Origin: Candidatus Latescibacterota bacterium
Lineage (GTDB): Bacteria; Latescibacterota; UBA2968; UBA8231
Reading direction: 5' to 3'
Length of the DNA stretch: 64,000 bases
Assembly (NCBI GenBank): GCA_965206595.1
Contig: OZ242214.1
Span: 3,712,001 to 3,776,000, forward strand
The notes beneath the pieces are model-generated. The model did not search any database and was not told where the DNA came from. It saw only the letters and a list, made by a program, of their open reading frames with translations. The position numbers were made by a program, and so were the translations under genes. Positions 19,578 to 30,000 of this stretch are shown in pieces; the stretch's first letter is position 1; every line of letters starts with the position of its first letter.

Positions 19578-21545
19578 TTAATACATCATGCTCAATCCGT
19601 TGCCCATCATCCCGGTGAAATAGTCGACGATCAACCAGAATCCCCCAGCGACGAACTGACCCAGGATCAACCCGTAGAAAACGGGGATGAGCGCCTGATA
19701 CGCTTTGAGGCCGCCGTACTTCAAGATGACCGTCTTGAGCAACCAGGCCAGGAAGACCGGAAACCAGGCCGTGTCCATCACCCGGTCCATGCTGACCACA
19801 AATCCCAGTGGGTGCAAGGGCCACCACAGGAATCGGCGCTGCATGAGAAGCAGACCAGTCATCACCCCTCCCCCTATCAACCGGATGAGCCAACCCAGCC
19901 CGTTCGGTCCCGCGTCCTCCTCGACCCGGCTCCCCACGTACGCCCAGGTGAAGTCGGGCAGGTACCCAACGGAACGCGCTACGTTGATGCCTCCCTCGCG
20001 ATAGGCTATCGACAGCGACATCCAGAAGGTGCTGACTACAGAAATCAGGATGGCTATCGCCAGCGCCAGCAGCAGCCAGCGCTTGCGATAGGCGATTTCA
20101 CCGGTCAGCTTCAACCCGGTGGCGGTGTGCGCCATCATCGTGCTCGCCAGGGACTCCGTCCATATCACCGTCGGACCCAGCGCCGCCATCCCCGCCGGCC
20201 CTATGTAGCGCACCCCGATTCCGGAGACCACGAAGTCCAGGGGGATGTTGCGGGGAAACACCATGGGCAGTCCCGCCTCGGCGATGATGCGCGTCAGGCT
20301 GACGAAAGTCACCAGCGCCCCGAACAGAAACAGCAGACCCGCCCACAGGGGCAAACCTGCCCGCCACAACCACAGGTTCATAACGATCACGCCGAGAATC
20401 ACCCCCCATACGGCGCTGCGGTAGGACATGATCTCGTCGGAATCGTCCACGGACGCGTCGCCTCTGAAGGCCTTGCGGAACACCGCACGCAGATGCCCCC
20501 GGGCTATCCACAGTCCAAAGAGGACCAGCGCCACCATCGCACCGATGCTCTGATGGGCCAGCAAGCCCCTCACACCGCCGCCACCGCCATAGTTGGACAG
20601 AGCTTCCCCGATGCCCGCTCCCGTCAGGTGCAGGACACCCTCCTCCAGGCGCCTCAGGAAATAGAACACCCACATCCCGAACATGACGTCTGCCTTGAGG
20701 AAATACGCGAACCCCAGGATCATCAGGTTCACCGAGAATCCGACATTCGCGAATCGCGGTATCAGCGTGAGTTGCCCGAAGTGGGTCGGAATCACGGGAA
20801 CGATGGGGAAGTAGTGGTGCAAGGCGTTGAGGCTCTCGCGACCGAACGACAGCGACATACCCACCCACATCAGACCGCTCTTGAAGAAAGGAGCCACCAG
20901 CGAACCGCCCGACGGCGGCTGCACTATGGCAAGCGGCACTTTGGTGATTGGATAGATGAGATGCTCGTGCTCCACCCACTGGCGGCGAAGGATGACCATG
21001 GCGCAGATGCTCGCCATCCACAACGCCACCATGAACACCAACCACCACAACAGCGGCGGCAACCACATGCCCCAGGGGATGGACTCGCCCTCCGGTATGC
21101 CCTCGAAAAACCACCGGATCCCCAGCTCGTCCTGCGGGACCATCCACTCCGCCACGTAGGGATGGACCCGCTCTGCCCAGTTGTTTTCCGGAGTGGCCAG
21201 GTAGTACACCCCGGCCGCGGATCCCAGCAGCATCATGCAGAACCCGTTGCGTTCGCCACCCGAGAAGGCCGTGGATACGACCATCATGATGTAGATGGTC
21301 AGCAGCTCTCCCTTGTCCAGGACCAGCCTCCGGTGGATGAGTGCCAACACAACCTGGACGACACCCACCCACAGGAAGAACAGGAAGAACGCGGCGGGAC
21401 CATTCAACCCGCTCATGCGGGTGCCCATGATGACGAAGGCACCGAAGGGCTCTCCCACGCCGATCGCCAGACTGAGTGCGGCGCCGATGACGAGCGCGCG
21501 CAGCGAAACCCCAGAGGCTGACCGGTCCTCTATACTCCCTGACAA
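19578..21545 (-). CDS. DUF6785/DUF6784-like polytopic membrane protein, copy B
   Basis: 655 aa, colinear and highly similar to copy A (shared LATPEN.WAERVHPYVAEWMVP, TESLASTMMAH). TTG start. Confidence 0.82.
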   Translation of the reverse strand: MSGSIEDRSASGVSLRALVIGAALSLAIGVGEPFGAFVIMGTRMSGLNGPAAFFLFFLWVGVVQVVLALIHRRLVLDKGELLTIYIMMVVSTAFSGGERNGFCMMLLGSAAGVYYLATPENNWAERVHPYVAEWMVPQDELGIRWFFEGIPEGESIPWGMWLPPLLWWLVFMVALWMASICAMVILRRQWVEHEHLIYPITKVPLAIVQPPSGGSLVAPFFKSGLMWVGMSLSFGRESLNALHHYFPIVPVIPTHFGQLTLIPRFANVGFSVNLMILGFAYFLKADVMFGMWVFYFLRRLEEGVLHLTGAGIGEALSNYGGGGGVRGLLAHQSIGAMVALVLFGLWIARGHLRAVFRKAFRGDASVDDSDEIMSYRSAVWGVILGVIVMNLWLWRAGLPLWAGLLFLFGALVTFVSLTRIIAEAGLPMVFPRNIPLDFVVSGIGVRYIGPAGMAALGPTVIWTESLASTMMAHTATGLKLTGEIAYRKRWLLLALAIAILISVVSTFWMSLSIAYREGGINVARSVGYLPDFTWAYVGSRVEEDAGPNGLGWLIRLIGGGVMTGLLLMQRRFLWWPLHPLGFVVSMDRVMDTAWFPVFLAWLLKTVILKYGGLKAYQALIPVFYGLILGQFVAGGFWLIVDYFTGMMGNGLSMMY

Positions 21546-21683
21546 ACCGGGCAGTCCTTCCCTTGAGTGTCGCCGGGAAACCTCGACGACCTACTCAATT
21601 CCAACTGTCGACAAGAATGAAACGGTAGCGGAGGGATGGAGAGATGGAGATGGGGGGATGGTGATGGGCGAAGAGGAGTACTG

Positions 21684-22940
21684 CTACTCTATCTCCTCGA
21701 AAGTGAACGGATACACCACCACTACATCGGTCAACGGGGGACGTCGCTGAGGTCTTGAGGGTTCCTCCCGGCGCGATTCAGCCCCCGATCCTGGCTCGCC
21801 AGCCCGCGCGGTGCTCTGTTGAGAGGGCCCGGCCTGCTGTGCGTACTGTCCGGCGGGTTGGAACTGCCAGCGCTGCACTTCTGCCACAATACAGACGCCC
21901 ACCTGCGCATTCATTACCGTGGACTTGGTCACGCTCACCGCCTCGACCACGCCGTTCACACGAATCGTGAATTGAACCTCCACCACGCCCTCGACTGCCT
22001 CTCCCTGGTCAAACGCCTCGGAAAAACATCGCCGCAGATCCGCGAGGTTGTGATCGACGATCGAATTGATCGCGCCCGTGTTCCGGGCAAGATCCCCCTG
22101 CTGGTTGCCGCGGATCTGGCGGGGGCCCCGGATAACCACCCGCGTCGTCTCCGTGGGCACTCGCTCTTCCAACTCCTCCTCCGCGATCACTTCCTTGCTG
22201 ACCATACGGCTGAAGTCAAACGGGAGGTCTATGGTCTCGATCGGGTGCCCCGACGCGTCGAACTTGAGCGCGAATTCCTTGAGAATCAGACGCACGTTGC
22301 GCACCTTGGGATGGAGGGGATCGAACACGACAAGCCCGCTGTAGTTCTCCCCTTTGAAAATCACCTCGTCTTCTCCATAGGCGGTCGCGCGCACGATCCC
22401 TATCCGTTTGGAAAAGCGATAGTGCTCGTTCCCGCTGATGCCGCGCAAGCCCCGGTAGTACCCCTCCAAGCTTTTGCGATCAGCCACCGGGGCGATCGTG
22501 TACGATTCCAGATAGCCTCCCCGGTCCGTCAACAGGATGACCTTCAGTGGATCCAACTGCATCTTGGCGTAGGTGTAGTTGTACACCGCGATGTTGAACA
22601 CGGTGAATCGATTCCGCACATACCCCACGTTCGGATCCATCCAATCCCCGTAGGTGTAGGGGTTGGTCGAAAGCTCTCCTCCTTTCGAATCGTCGGGAAA
22701 CATCTCGTTCAGCGCCGGATCGGTCATGTACTGCACATCTATCCGGGAGCCTTCCAGGTGGTAGGAGACTACTCCGTCATCCCCTATCGAATATTCCTCC
22801 CGCTCCGACTCCTTCGGGTCGAGGACGGAACGGTACTCGACTCGCGGCACCGAAAGGCACGCGGCCAGAAAAATCGGGGCCATCAGCATTGCGAAACGCA
22901 GGACACGGTTATTTAGCATCAGTTCCAACTCCTCCAGCAA
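21684..22940 (-). CDS. Lipoprotein with C-terminal AgmX/PglI (TonB C-terminal-like) domain
   Basis: FLAAC lipobox; C-terminal LRRCFSEA...EGVVEVQFTIRVNGVVEAV...CIVAEVQRWQF...VVYPFTF. The true start may be a few codons downstream. Confidence 0.8.
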   Translation of the reverse strand: MLEELELMLNNRVLRFAMLMAPIFLAACLSVPRVEYRSVLDPKESEREEYSIGDDGVVSYHLEGSRIDVQYMTDPALNEMFPDDSKGGELSTNPYTYGDWMDPNVGYVRNRFTVFNIAVYNYTYAKMQLDPLKVILLTDRGGYLESYTIAPVADRKSLEGYYRGLRGISGNEHYRFSKRIGIVRATAYGEDEVIFKGENYSGLVVFDPLHPKVRNVRLILKEFALKFDASGHPIETIDLPFDFSRMVSKEVIAEEELEERVPTETTRVVIRGPRQIRGNQQGDLARNTGAINSIVDHNLADLRRCFSEAFDQGEAVEGVVEVQFTIRVNGVVEAVSVTKSTVMNAQVGVCIVAEVQRWQFQPAGQYAQQAGPSQQSTARAGEPGSGAESRREEPSRPQRRPPLTDVVVVYPFTFEEIE

Positions 22941-22997
22941 TCGACTCGCGCCGCCGCATTCCCCGTATACGCGCAGCGTGGAGAGCTATGATCAGGA

Positions 22998-24767
22998 CTA
23001 CCGAAGTCGCAGTCGGCGCCCCCCAGGGCCCCAACCTTCGGTGAAAGGCCCTACCGGGACCTCCTCTTCGGGATACGGACGACCGAAGTAGTCGAGACTC
23101 AACAGTTCGTCACGGATCACCTTGGGGGCCGCATCGCACGGTGACGACCAGGCCAGGTGTTGTTCCTCGGTGTCGATCACCATGTCGAGCTCTACCATGC
23201 GGCTGTGGGCATCCAGACCGGTAGCCTGCCAGTCATCCAGACTGAAGTCCTCGTCCATCCCAGCGAGTACGTTGTAGTCCGATACGTTGTCCATGACCAC
23301 GTATTCGAACCCTTTCGGGCATCCCACGATGACGTTGTTGACGATGCGGTTGTCTTTGCACACGCCTACCCGGTCGCGGGTCGGACACTTCCGCATATGG
23401 ACTCCGGCATAGTCGCAATTCAGCACCAGGTTGTGGGCGATCAGAAGCTGGTCACAATCCTGCTGATAGACGCCGCTGCCCGCTTCCACGTTGCAGATGA
23501 CATTGTGGTCGATCAGGTTCGGGACATTCGATGCCTCGAAGAAGATCCCCCCGGTTGTCGCCGCGATGTCGTGCAGCAGGTTTCGCGTCACCCGTGAATT
23601 CTTGTTGGCGAAATCGATCCAGATTCCGGGGGCTGCATGACAATGGTGGATGTGGTTGCACTGGACAACGGTATCGCTGAGGATGAGGATCTTGATGCCA
23701 GCCGTCTCCCAGTAGCGCTCTACTTCCTGCCAGCCGCAGTCGTGGATGTGGTTGTCGGCCACCAGGCTCCGCGGGACGACGGTTCCCTGAATGCCGCCGG
23801 TGCCGCAGTCGTAGACGTGATTGCCGAGTACCAGATGGCCGCCCGTCGTCTCTTCCAGTTCGTTGCGGTTTTCATCCTCCAGACTCTCGTCGGTGAAGCC
23901 GCCGATCTCGATGCCCACGGAATTGATGTGACGAACGGTGTTCTCCTCGATGATCCAGTGGTGCCCGCCCCAGGTCGTTACGGCACCGTTTCCCGAACGG
24001 ATGAAACCGTTGCCGGCGTGCTCGAATGCCAAACCTTTGATGCGGATATACCCCAGCCCCCTCACCTGCGGATTAAACAGGAACTGCAGAGTGGTGGCCT
24101 CGATTTCGCAAGTGTTGGGATTGCTGCGATCGAAGGGATGCACGACCAGAGTGCGGTTCTCCGCATCGATCCAGAACGCCCCGGGAACCCGGGGCAGGTC
24201 GTCGCGCGTTCCGAGCTGGGTCAGGCGGCGGCCCCCCTGAAAAACCATGGCCCGGGGAAAGGTGTGTGGAGCCCGTCCGCGCTCGGCGTGGGCCCAGTGC
24301 ATGAGCTCGAAGTCCGCTTCGGTGGTATTGACGACGGAGAAGGGATGGTCCTCTTCGAAGAATGCTTCGGGCAGCTCCGCCGTCCACACGCTCAACGATC
24401 GCGCCAAACCGGTGTGTGACCACGTGGCGTCGATCACCTGGGAACCGCGGATGACGACCTCGGCACCAGGCGCCGCCTCATAGCTGATCATCGAATCCGG
24501 GCCGGTGCCGCCGCGCCGGGGCTGGACGAGCTCGCGGTAGACACCCGACTTGATCAAAACCTTCCCGCCCGGCTCGACGAGTTCAGCGGCGCGCTGAATC
24601 GTTAGAAAGGGCGCCTCTTCCGTGCCCGGATTGTTGTCGGCCGCCCCAGGGTGCTGCTGATCCACGTAGTAGATATGCCCGTAGGCAGTGCCATCCCGCC
24701 AGAACTGGAACGCCGTCCCGTCCGGCAGGGGGATCGGTGGACCTTGACCGTTGGATCGTGCCATCAT
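22998..24767 (-). CDS. Right-handed parallel beta-helix protein (pectin-lyase-like fold, DUF1565-type N-terminus)
   Basis: YYVDQQHPGAADNNPGTEEAPFLTIQRAA, GVYRELV, repeated N-x-I-H/GI-x-I beta-helix turns (GIWIDFAN, GIFFEAS). Confidence 0.85.
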   Translation of the reverse strand: MMARSNGQGPPIPLPDGTAFQFWRDGTAYGHIYYVDQQHPGAADNNPGTEEAPFLTIQRAAELVEPGGKVLIKSGVYRELVQPRRGGTGPDSMISYEAAPGAEVVIRGSQVIDATWSHTGLARSLSVWTAELPEAFFEEDHPFSVVNTTEADFELMHWAHAERGRAPHTFPRAMVFQGGRRLTQLGTRDDLPRVPGAFWIDAENRTLVVHPFDRSNPNTCEIEATTLQFLFNPQVRGLGYIRIKGLAFEHAGNGFIRSGNGAVTTWGGHHWIIEENTVRHINSVGIEIGGFTDESLEDENRNELEETTGGHLVLGNHVYDCGTGGIQGTVVPRSLVADNHIHDCGWQEVERYWETAGIKILILSDTVVQCNHIHHCHAAPGIWIDFANKNSRVTRNLLHDIAATTGGIFFEASNVPNLIDHNVICNVEAGSGVYQQDCDQLLIAHNLVLNCDYAGVHMRKCPTRDRVGVCKDNRIVNNVIVGCPKGFEYVVMDNVSDYNVLAGMDEDFSLDDWQATGLDAHSRMVELDMVIDTEEQHLAWSSPCDAAPKVIRDELLSLDYFGRPYPEEEVPVGPFTEGWGPGGRRLRLR

Positions 24768-24777
24768 TTCCTGCACG

Positions 24778-25971
24778 CTATTTCTGGCTGTAGAAATCGA
24801 TCTGCTGCTGCGCAATCGAGCCCTGTTGCGTCAGGGCGAATACCACCAGGTTCAACCCCATCTTCAACTGCGGTTCATTCGAAAACTCTCTCTCCCAGAT
24901 GCTCCCGTACGCCTTGTCCGAATAAACCGCCACCAGCCGTCCTTCCAGGAAAATCCCCTCCAGATGCGGCGCCGGAACCTTACTGCCCCCTGTTGCGCTC
25001 AAGATCTCTCCACCGGGTGGCGGTCCATCGTTGAAGTCAAAAAAGCTGTGATGGATGGGGTGGTCGTACGAGAGCATTATGAACCGCGCATCCTTCTTGA
25101 GCACATCCTTGAACATCTTCCGCAACGAGGCTTCAGCCGGGCCGTATTCCAGGGATGGGACCCCGTTCTCCGCGAACACGAACCCCCCCACCCTCATATA
25201 CTCCCCCAAGTTGCGGACCTCCTGGGCGGTGAGATTGAATCCCTTGTTCGCCGTGATATACACGAAGGGCGCCTTGAACAGATCCCGCGAATCCAGCTTC
25301 AGGCGATCCTCTACTTTGGCGTTTATCATGGTATACTTGTTGACAGCCCTCGCCAGTTGCGGAATCGCCCTGGGCGTTGGCGGATCCAACTCTTCTCCCA
25401 CCGCAAGTGCCAGATACACGAACCCCTGGATGTCCTGCTTGTTTGTCGGATCCTGGATCACGAGCCCTTTGTACTTCCCCGTATCCAACGCGTCCAGATC
25501 GAGAAACTCCTCCTGCATGCTGAGCCGTTTCTCGGGCTCCTTGGTGCTGGCCAATCGCGCGAAAGCCGCGATCTCCGGGACGACTGCCTGCCCGCCCACA
25601 GTCGCCCCGCTCTCGATCGCATAATTGAACGTGGTCACGGTTCCGAATACGTCCGGACGATTTATGCGCTCGCTGATGGCGATCTCGGGAACGATCTCTG
25701 CCTGGACCCGCCTGCGCGTCATCTTTCGCTGCACCCGCTTCTTCTTCAACTCGAAGGGTTTGGTAAGCCTCGGGGTCCGCATCACAAACTCGAGCGTGGG
25801 CGGTTGAGCTTCCCGGATCTCCGACTTGGAGATCACCAGATAGGAGAACAGGCCCGCGTGTACCAACAAGGCGATGACCAGGCCCGCGACCGCATGCCGC
25901 CGGGTGTCGGCCAGCAGCCGGTTCAGCTTCAGGGCATCGGCAGGTGTTTCGAATCGTCCGTGCTGCGCCAT
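24778..25971 (-). CDS. DUF4159-domain protein with N-terminal TonB-like transmembrane anchor
   Basis: TM segment AVAGLVIALLVHAGLFSYL, a basic extended linker, then APFVYIT, GEYMRVGGFVFAEN, DHPIHHSFFDF, LEGIFLEGRLVAVYS, KMGLNLVVFALT. Confidence 0.82.
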   Translation of the reverse strand: MAQHGRFETPADALKLNRLLADTRRHAVAGLVIALLVHAGLFSYLVISKSEIREAQPPTLEFVMRTPRLTKPFELKKKRVQRKMTRRRVQAEIVPEIAISERINRPDVFGTVTTFNYAIESGATVGGQAVVPEIAAFARLASTKEPEKRLSMQEEFLDLDALDTGKYKGLVIQDPTNKQDIQGFVYLALAVGEELDPPTPRAIPQLARAVNKYTMINAKVEDRLKLDSRDLFKAPFVYITANKGFNLTAQEVRNLGEYMRVGGFVFAENGVPSLEYGPAEASLRKMFKDVLKKDARFIMLSYDHPIHHSFFDFNDGPPPGGEILSATGGSKVPAPHLEGIFLEGRLVAVYSDKAYGSIWEREFSNEPQLKMGLNLVVFALTQQGSIAQQQIDFYSQK

Positions 25972-25993
25972 CGCTCTTTCCCCCAAGTGCTTC

Positions 25994-26443
25994 TTACTGG
26001 AACACAAACACTGTATCCAGACGGGCAGCGGGCCCTCGGAACAGGGAGTCGTCCACCGCGCTGACCAGGAAGAAAAACCAGGTCGAATCAGCAAACCCGT
26101 CCTCTGATAAACTGGACTCTTCGATGCTGTAGGCAGTCTCCTTCACGAGCGCCTCCCTCCGGAGTCCCAAGGTATCGGACAACGAGACGACAAACCCCGC
26201 CACGTTCGTGTCGTCGGCCATCCTCCACGTCAGGACGACCCGCTGCCCGTCTTCGACCTGCGCCTGCAGGTCGCTGGGAGAACCCAGCAAGGTTTCGTGG
26301 AACGCAACGGGAGCGTCGTGCTGTTTGCTGCAGAAGACCAGGCCTGCCGAAAGAATACCGAACCAAAGGATGTGCCATACGTTCAAATGACCGATCCTCC
26401 GATGCGTAGACCCCGCCGTCGCTATCTCTTTATTCCGTAACAC
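25994..26443 (-). CDS. Small fibronectin type III-like exported protein or lipoprotein
   Basis: Hydrophobic segment ending LVFC; PSDLQAQV...VVLTW...VAGFVV...FLVSAVD fits an FN3 pattern. Confidence 0.65.
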   Translation of the reverse strand: MLRNKEIATAGSTHRRIGHLNVWHILWFGILSAGLVFCSKQHDAPVAFHETLLGSPSDLQAQVEDGQRVVLTWRMADDTNVAGFVVSLSDTLGLRREALVKETAYSIEESSLSEDGFADSTWFFFLVSAVDDSLFRGPAARLDTVFVFQ

Positions 26444-26474
26444 GATCCTCCTCCATCCTCCGCTGGTCAGCCAT

Positions 26475-27026
26475 TCAGAACCCCTTCGATATCACGATCC
26501 CCGTCGTGCCACCTACGGGACCTACTGACACCCGCGGCCGGCGGTCGACCTCTTGGGAAGCGGTCGCATCCCCCGATTGCCAGAACAGGATATCTACCAG
26601 ATTCAAGGCGTAGATCGCCGCCGCTGCATACCCGAAGATCTGCCGGCGACTATGCAGGTTGTCCAGGTCATCGTTCAGATCCACCAGACGCCGCCACTTG
26701 GCCTCCGCCTCCTGGTGGTTGCCGCCCACACGCAGAGCTTCGTACTCGCTCCGGGAGGTCGCGTATACATCCCGACGTGTGCTGTAGGACTCGTGCCCGT
26801 CTACCGCCACGATCAATGAGACCAGCTCGCCCAGAAAGAGCGCCCCGCCCTTCTGCTTCTGCCCGGAAGCCATCTGTCCCAGACCGGGAAACAGCACGGA
26901 CAGAACCACTGCCGTATTCCGCGACACCCGGACCTCTTCGGCAAACATCTCTTCCTCGCCTTCGGCCTCCCGCGCCGTCCCGCAGACAAACGCCGCACAC
27001 AACAGAACGCAGATCACGTGTTTCAC
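26475..27026 (-). CDS. DUF5683-like membrane protein
   Basis: Signal peptide, AVVLSVLFPGLGQ motif, AAIYALNLVD. Confidence 0.7.
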   Translation of the reverse strand: MKHVICVLLCAAFVCGTAREAEGEEEMFAEEVRVSRNTAVVLSVLFPGLGQMASGQKQKGGALFLGELVSLIVAVDGHESYSTRRDVYATSRSEYEALRVGGNHQEAEAKWRRLVDLNDDLDNLHSRRQIFGYAAAAIYALNLVDILFWQSGDATASQEVDRRPRVSVGPVGGTTGIVISKGF

Positions 27027-27047
27027 GAGCTCTCCTCCCAGGGCTTT

Positions 27048-30000
27048 CTACAGCCGATTGGCGACGATCCAATCCCTGTGCTGCTTGGCGAACTGATACG
27101 CATCAGGAGTGCCTGTCCCCTCTTCATGCCGGGCTATCACACGGTCATACACACCCACCGCCTCATTCCACTCATTGAGGGACTCGTAGGTGATACCCAT
27201 GTTGTTCAGAACGCCGAGCTCTGTTTCCGTGCCCGGATACTCCTCGACGAGTTCCCCCATGTGGGAGAGGATACGCCGAAACGACTCCTCATCCTCGTTG
27301 GCCATGGCCTGGCGGAAGTCCACGGCGATCTTCTGATACCTGGTGAAAGCCACCGCCTCTCTCAAATCCTCGATCAACTTCGGCACCTCGGCCACGAGCT
27401 TATCGTCCGGATGATCGTTTACGAGCCCGACGTAGGCTTCCAGGGCCTCCTCGTACTGCCCTTCGTTGTAGCGGTAATCCCCGACGGTGAATTTGGCGCT
27501 GGCAGCCAGTTCACTGTCGGGGAACTCCGCGATCAGCCGGCCCAGACTCGCCATCGCTTCTTCTCCGCGCCCCAGTTCCATATAAACCCATGCGCCGCTG
27601 TACAAGGCGTCATCCTGCTCCGCTCCGGGCCAGTCGTCGGCGACCGTTCTGTACGCGTTCAGCGCCTCCTCGTACTTCCCCAGGTTGAAATAACTCTCCC
27701 CTATCCTGAACCAGGCATCGCCCGCGGCCTCGTGTTCGGGGAACTCTGCGACCAGCCGCTCGAACGCAACTATGGCGAGCCCGAATTCCCTCTGGCCCGA
27801 CCGGATGTGCCCCAGGTAGTAAAGCGCATTCGAGGTGTTCGCATCCCCCTCATGGCGCTCGAGGAATCGATCGAACTCGGACGCCGCCTCTTGCGGCCGC
27901 CCCATTTGCATGTAACCCAGCCCCAACGCGAAGGTCATATCCGGGGCGTATATGGAGTCCGGGTAGCGCCGCAGGGCTTCCCTGTAGGTTTCTATGACCG
28001 AGGCATAATCCTCCAGGCGATTGCAGGCGTCCCCCAGGAGGAAGAGAGCCTTCTCTTCGATCGAATCGCCTCCCCCCGGTTTCCCGCCCGAAACCTCCAC
28101 GATCTCGCGAGAGATGCGCACTACCTGATCGTAGCTCTTCAGCCCGTGATACAGCTCGGCCAGAAGAAGCAGGTATTCGGCCTTCTCCTGCAAATCCGTG
28201 GCCTGGGCAGCCAGGGCCTCGTAGTTCCTGCTTGCCTCCAGCTCCCGACCCTGCTGGATCAGGGACAAACCCAGCATCCGGCGGCCGGCACGCTGAAGCA
28301 CCGGATCATCCGCCTCCTCCACCACACGCTCGAAGTCCCTGTCGGCTTCCCCATGCCGCCCCAGGCTCAACAGGGCGGTTCCCCTGGCATAGAGCGAACT
28401 CACCAGCAACCGGGGCCGGTCCCGGGCGCCGTCGATAACCCCCGTGAAATCCTTTGCAGCCTCCTCGTGCGACTTTTCCCCGGTGTGGGCTTTGGCCTTG
28501 ATGTACAGATAGCGTGTCCGCACCTCGGAGGTCACCGTAAAGGCCAGCGCTTCATCCATGATGTCCAGGGTCCGGGAATAGGCCTCCTTGCGGATCAGAA
28601 TCTCCCCTGCCGCCACCCGTGCATCGGCAAACAGGGGCGACTCAGCCTGCACAATCAGGAAGGCCTCGACGGCCTCATCCTCCTGCCCCTGGTCGCGATG
28701 ACAGACCCCCCGTTCGAAATGCGCCATCGACGCCTGTGGCGAATCGGGGAAGCGGCGGAGCAGTTCTCCATAAGTCTTCAGGGCTTCGGCATACGCCTGC
28801 TGGTCGTAGAAGATGCGGGCGACCTGGAACAGCGAGCTTTCGACGAGCGGGTCGTCCGGGAAATCCGAGATAATGCCCCGGAACCCCTCCAGGGCCCGGG
28901 CCGTTGAGGATTCATCGCCCATGAACTGCCGGCAGAGGGCGATATTGAACTGCAGGCCCACCTGCAGGCGCGTGTCGGGCCAGGCGTTCAGCGTACTCTC
29001 ATACCGGGCTACGGCCTCACGGAAAAGGGATACGGCCACTGGCCGTTGACTCGCGGCCAGCGCCTGCTGTCCCTTGTCGTAGTATGCCCGGCCGATGTTG
29101 TATTCCGCCTCGTCCACGGGAAAGCCCGCACGAGCCGCCACATCGTCATATCCCTTGATGTAGACTTCATATTCCTCGATGGCTTCATCGAAACGTCCGC
29201 TTTCCGAATAACGGCGGGCAATCTGGGCCTGCATGCGCGCCTGAAAGTACCTGTCGCGCACCCGGTCGATGGCATCCTTGTACGTCTGGATGGACTGCTC
29301 GATTTTCCCCTTTTCGTAGTACATATCCGCCAGACGGCGATAACCCTCTTCGACAAAGCCCCTTTCCGTCGAAAACAGGGTGATCACCCGCTCGAACGCC
29401 TCCGCCGCCCTGTCGAGCTTCCCCAGCCTCGAATACCCGTCCCCGATCTTCAGCTGGGCCTTGGCGGCCAGCTCAAGGGCCGTCTCGTCCACCAGCCCGG
29501 CCAGCTTTTCCCGCCGCATCCTCATCAGATCCCGCTCTGTCAGGCCGTACACGTTTGCCCGGGCAACGAGCTGTTCGTAGTAGCCGATGGCCTTCTCATA
29601 GTCGCCCTGGAGGTAGTAGCATTCCGCGATCTGAAACAGCGCCCGGTCCGCCCGGAAGCCCGTTTGGGAATGCCGGATCAGCGCCTCGAACGCCCGGATG
29701 CTGGACTCGTAATCGCCTTGCTCGAAGTGCGACCAGGCGATGTCGTACATCGCGTTTTCCACGAACTTGCTTTCGGGGTACTTCGATATGAGCGTTTGCG
29801 CTTCAACTATGGTCTGTTCGTAGTCCTTCGCTTCGTACCACGTCGTCACCAGACGGCTCTGCGCCAGCACTCCCAATCCTTGAGCCGTCGCCTCGGATTC
29901 CACTCGCTCGAAGAATTCCACCGCCCGCTCCAGGAACGTCTGTGCCTCGCGTTCGGCTTTTTCCCGGTCCGTCGCGCTCTCCCCCCATCCCGCTATTCGC

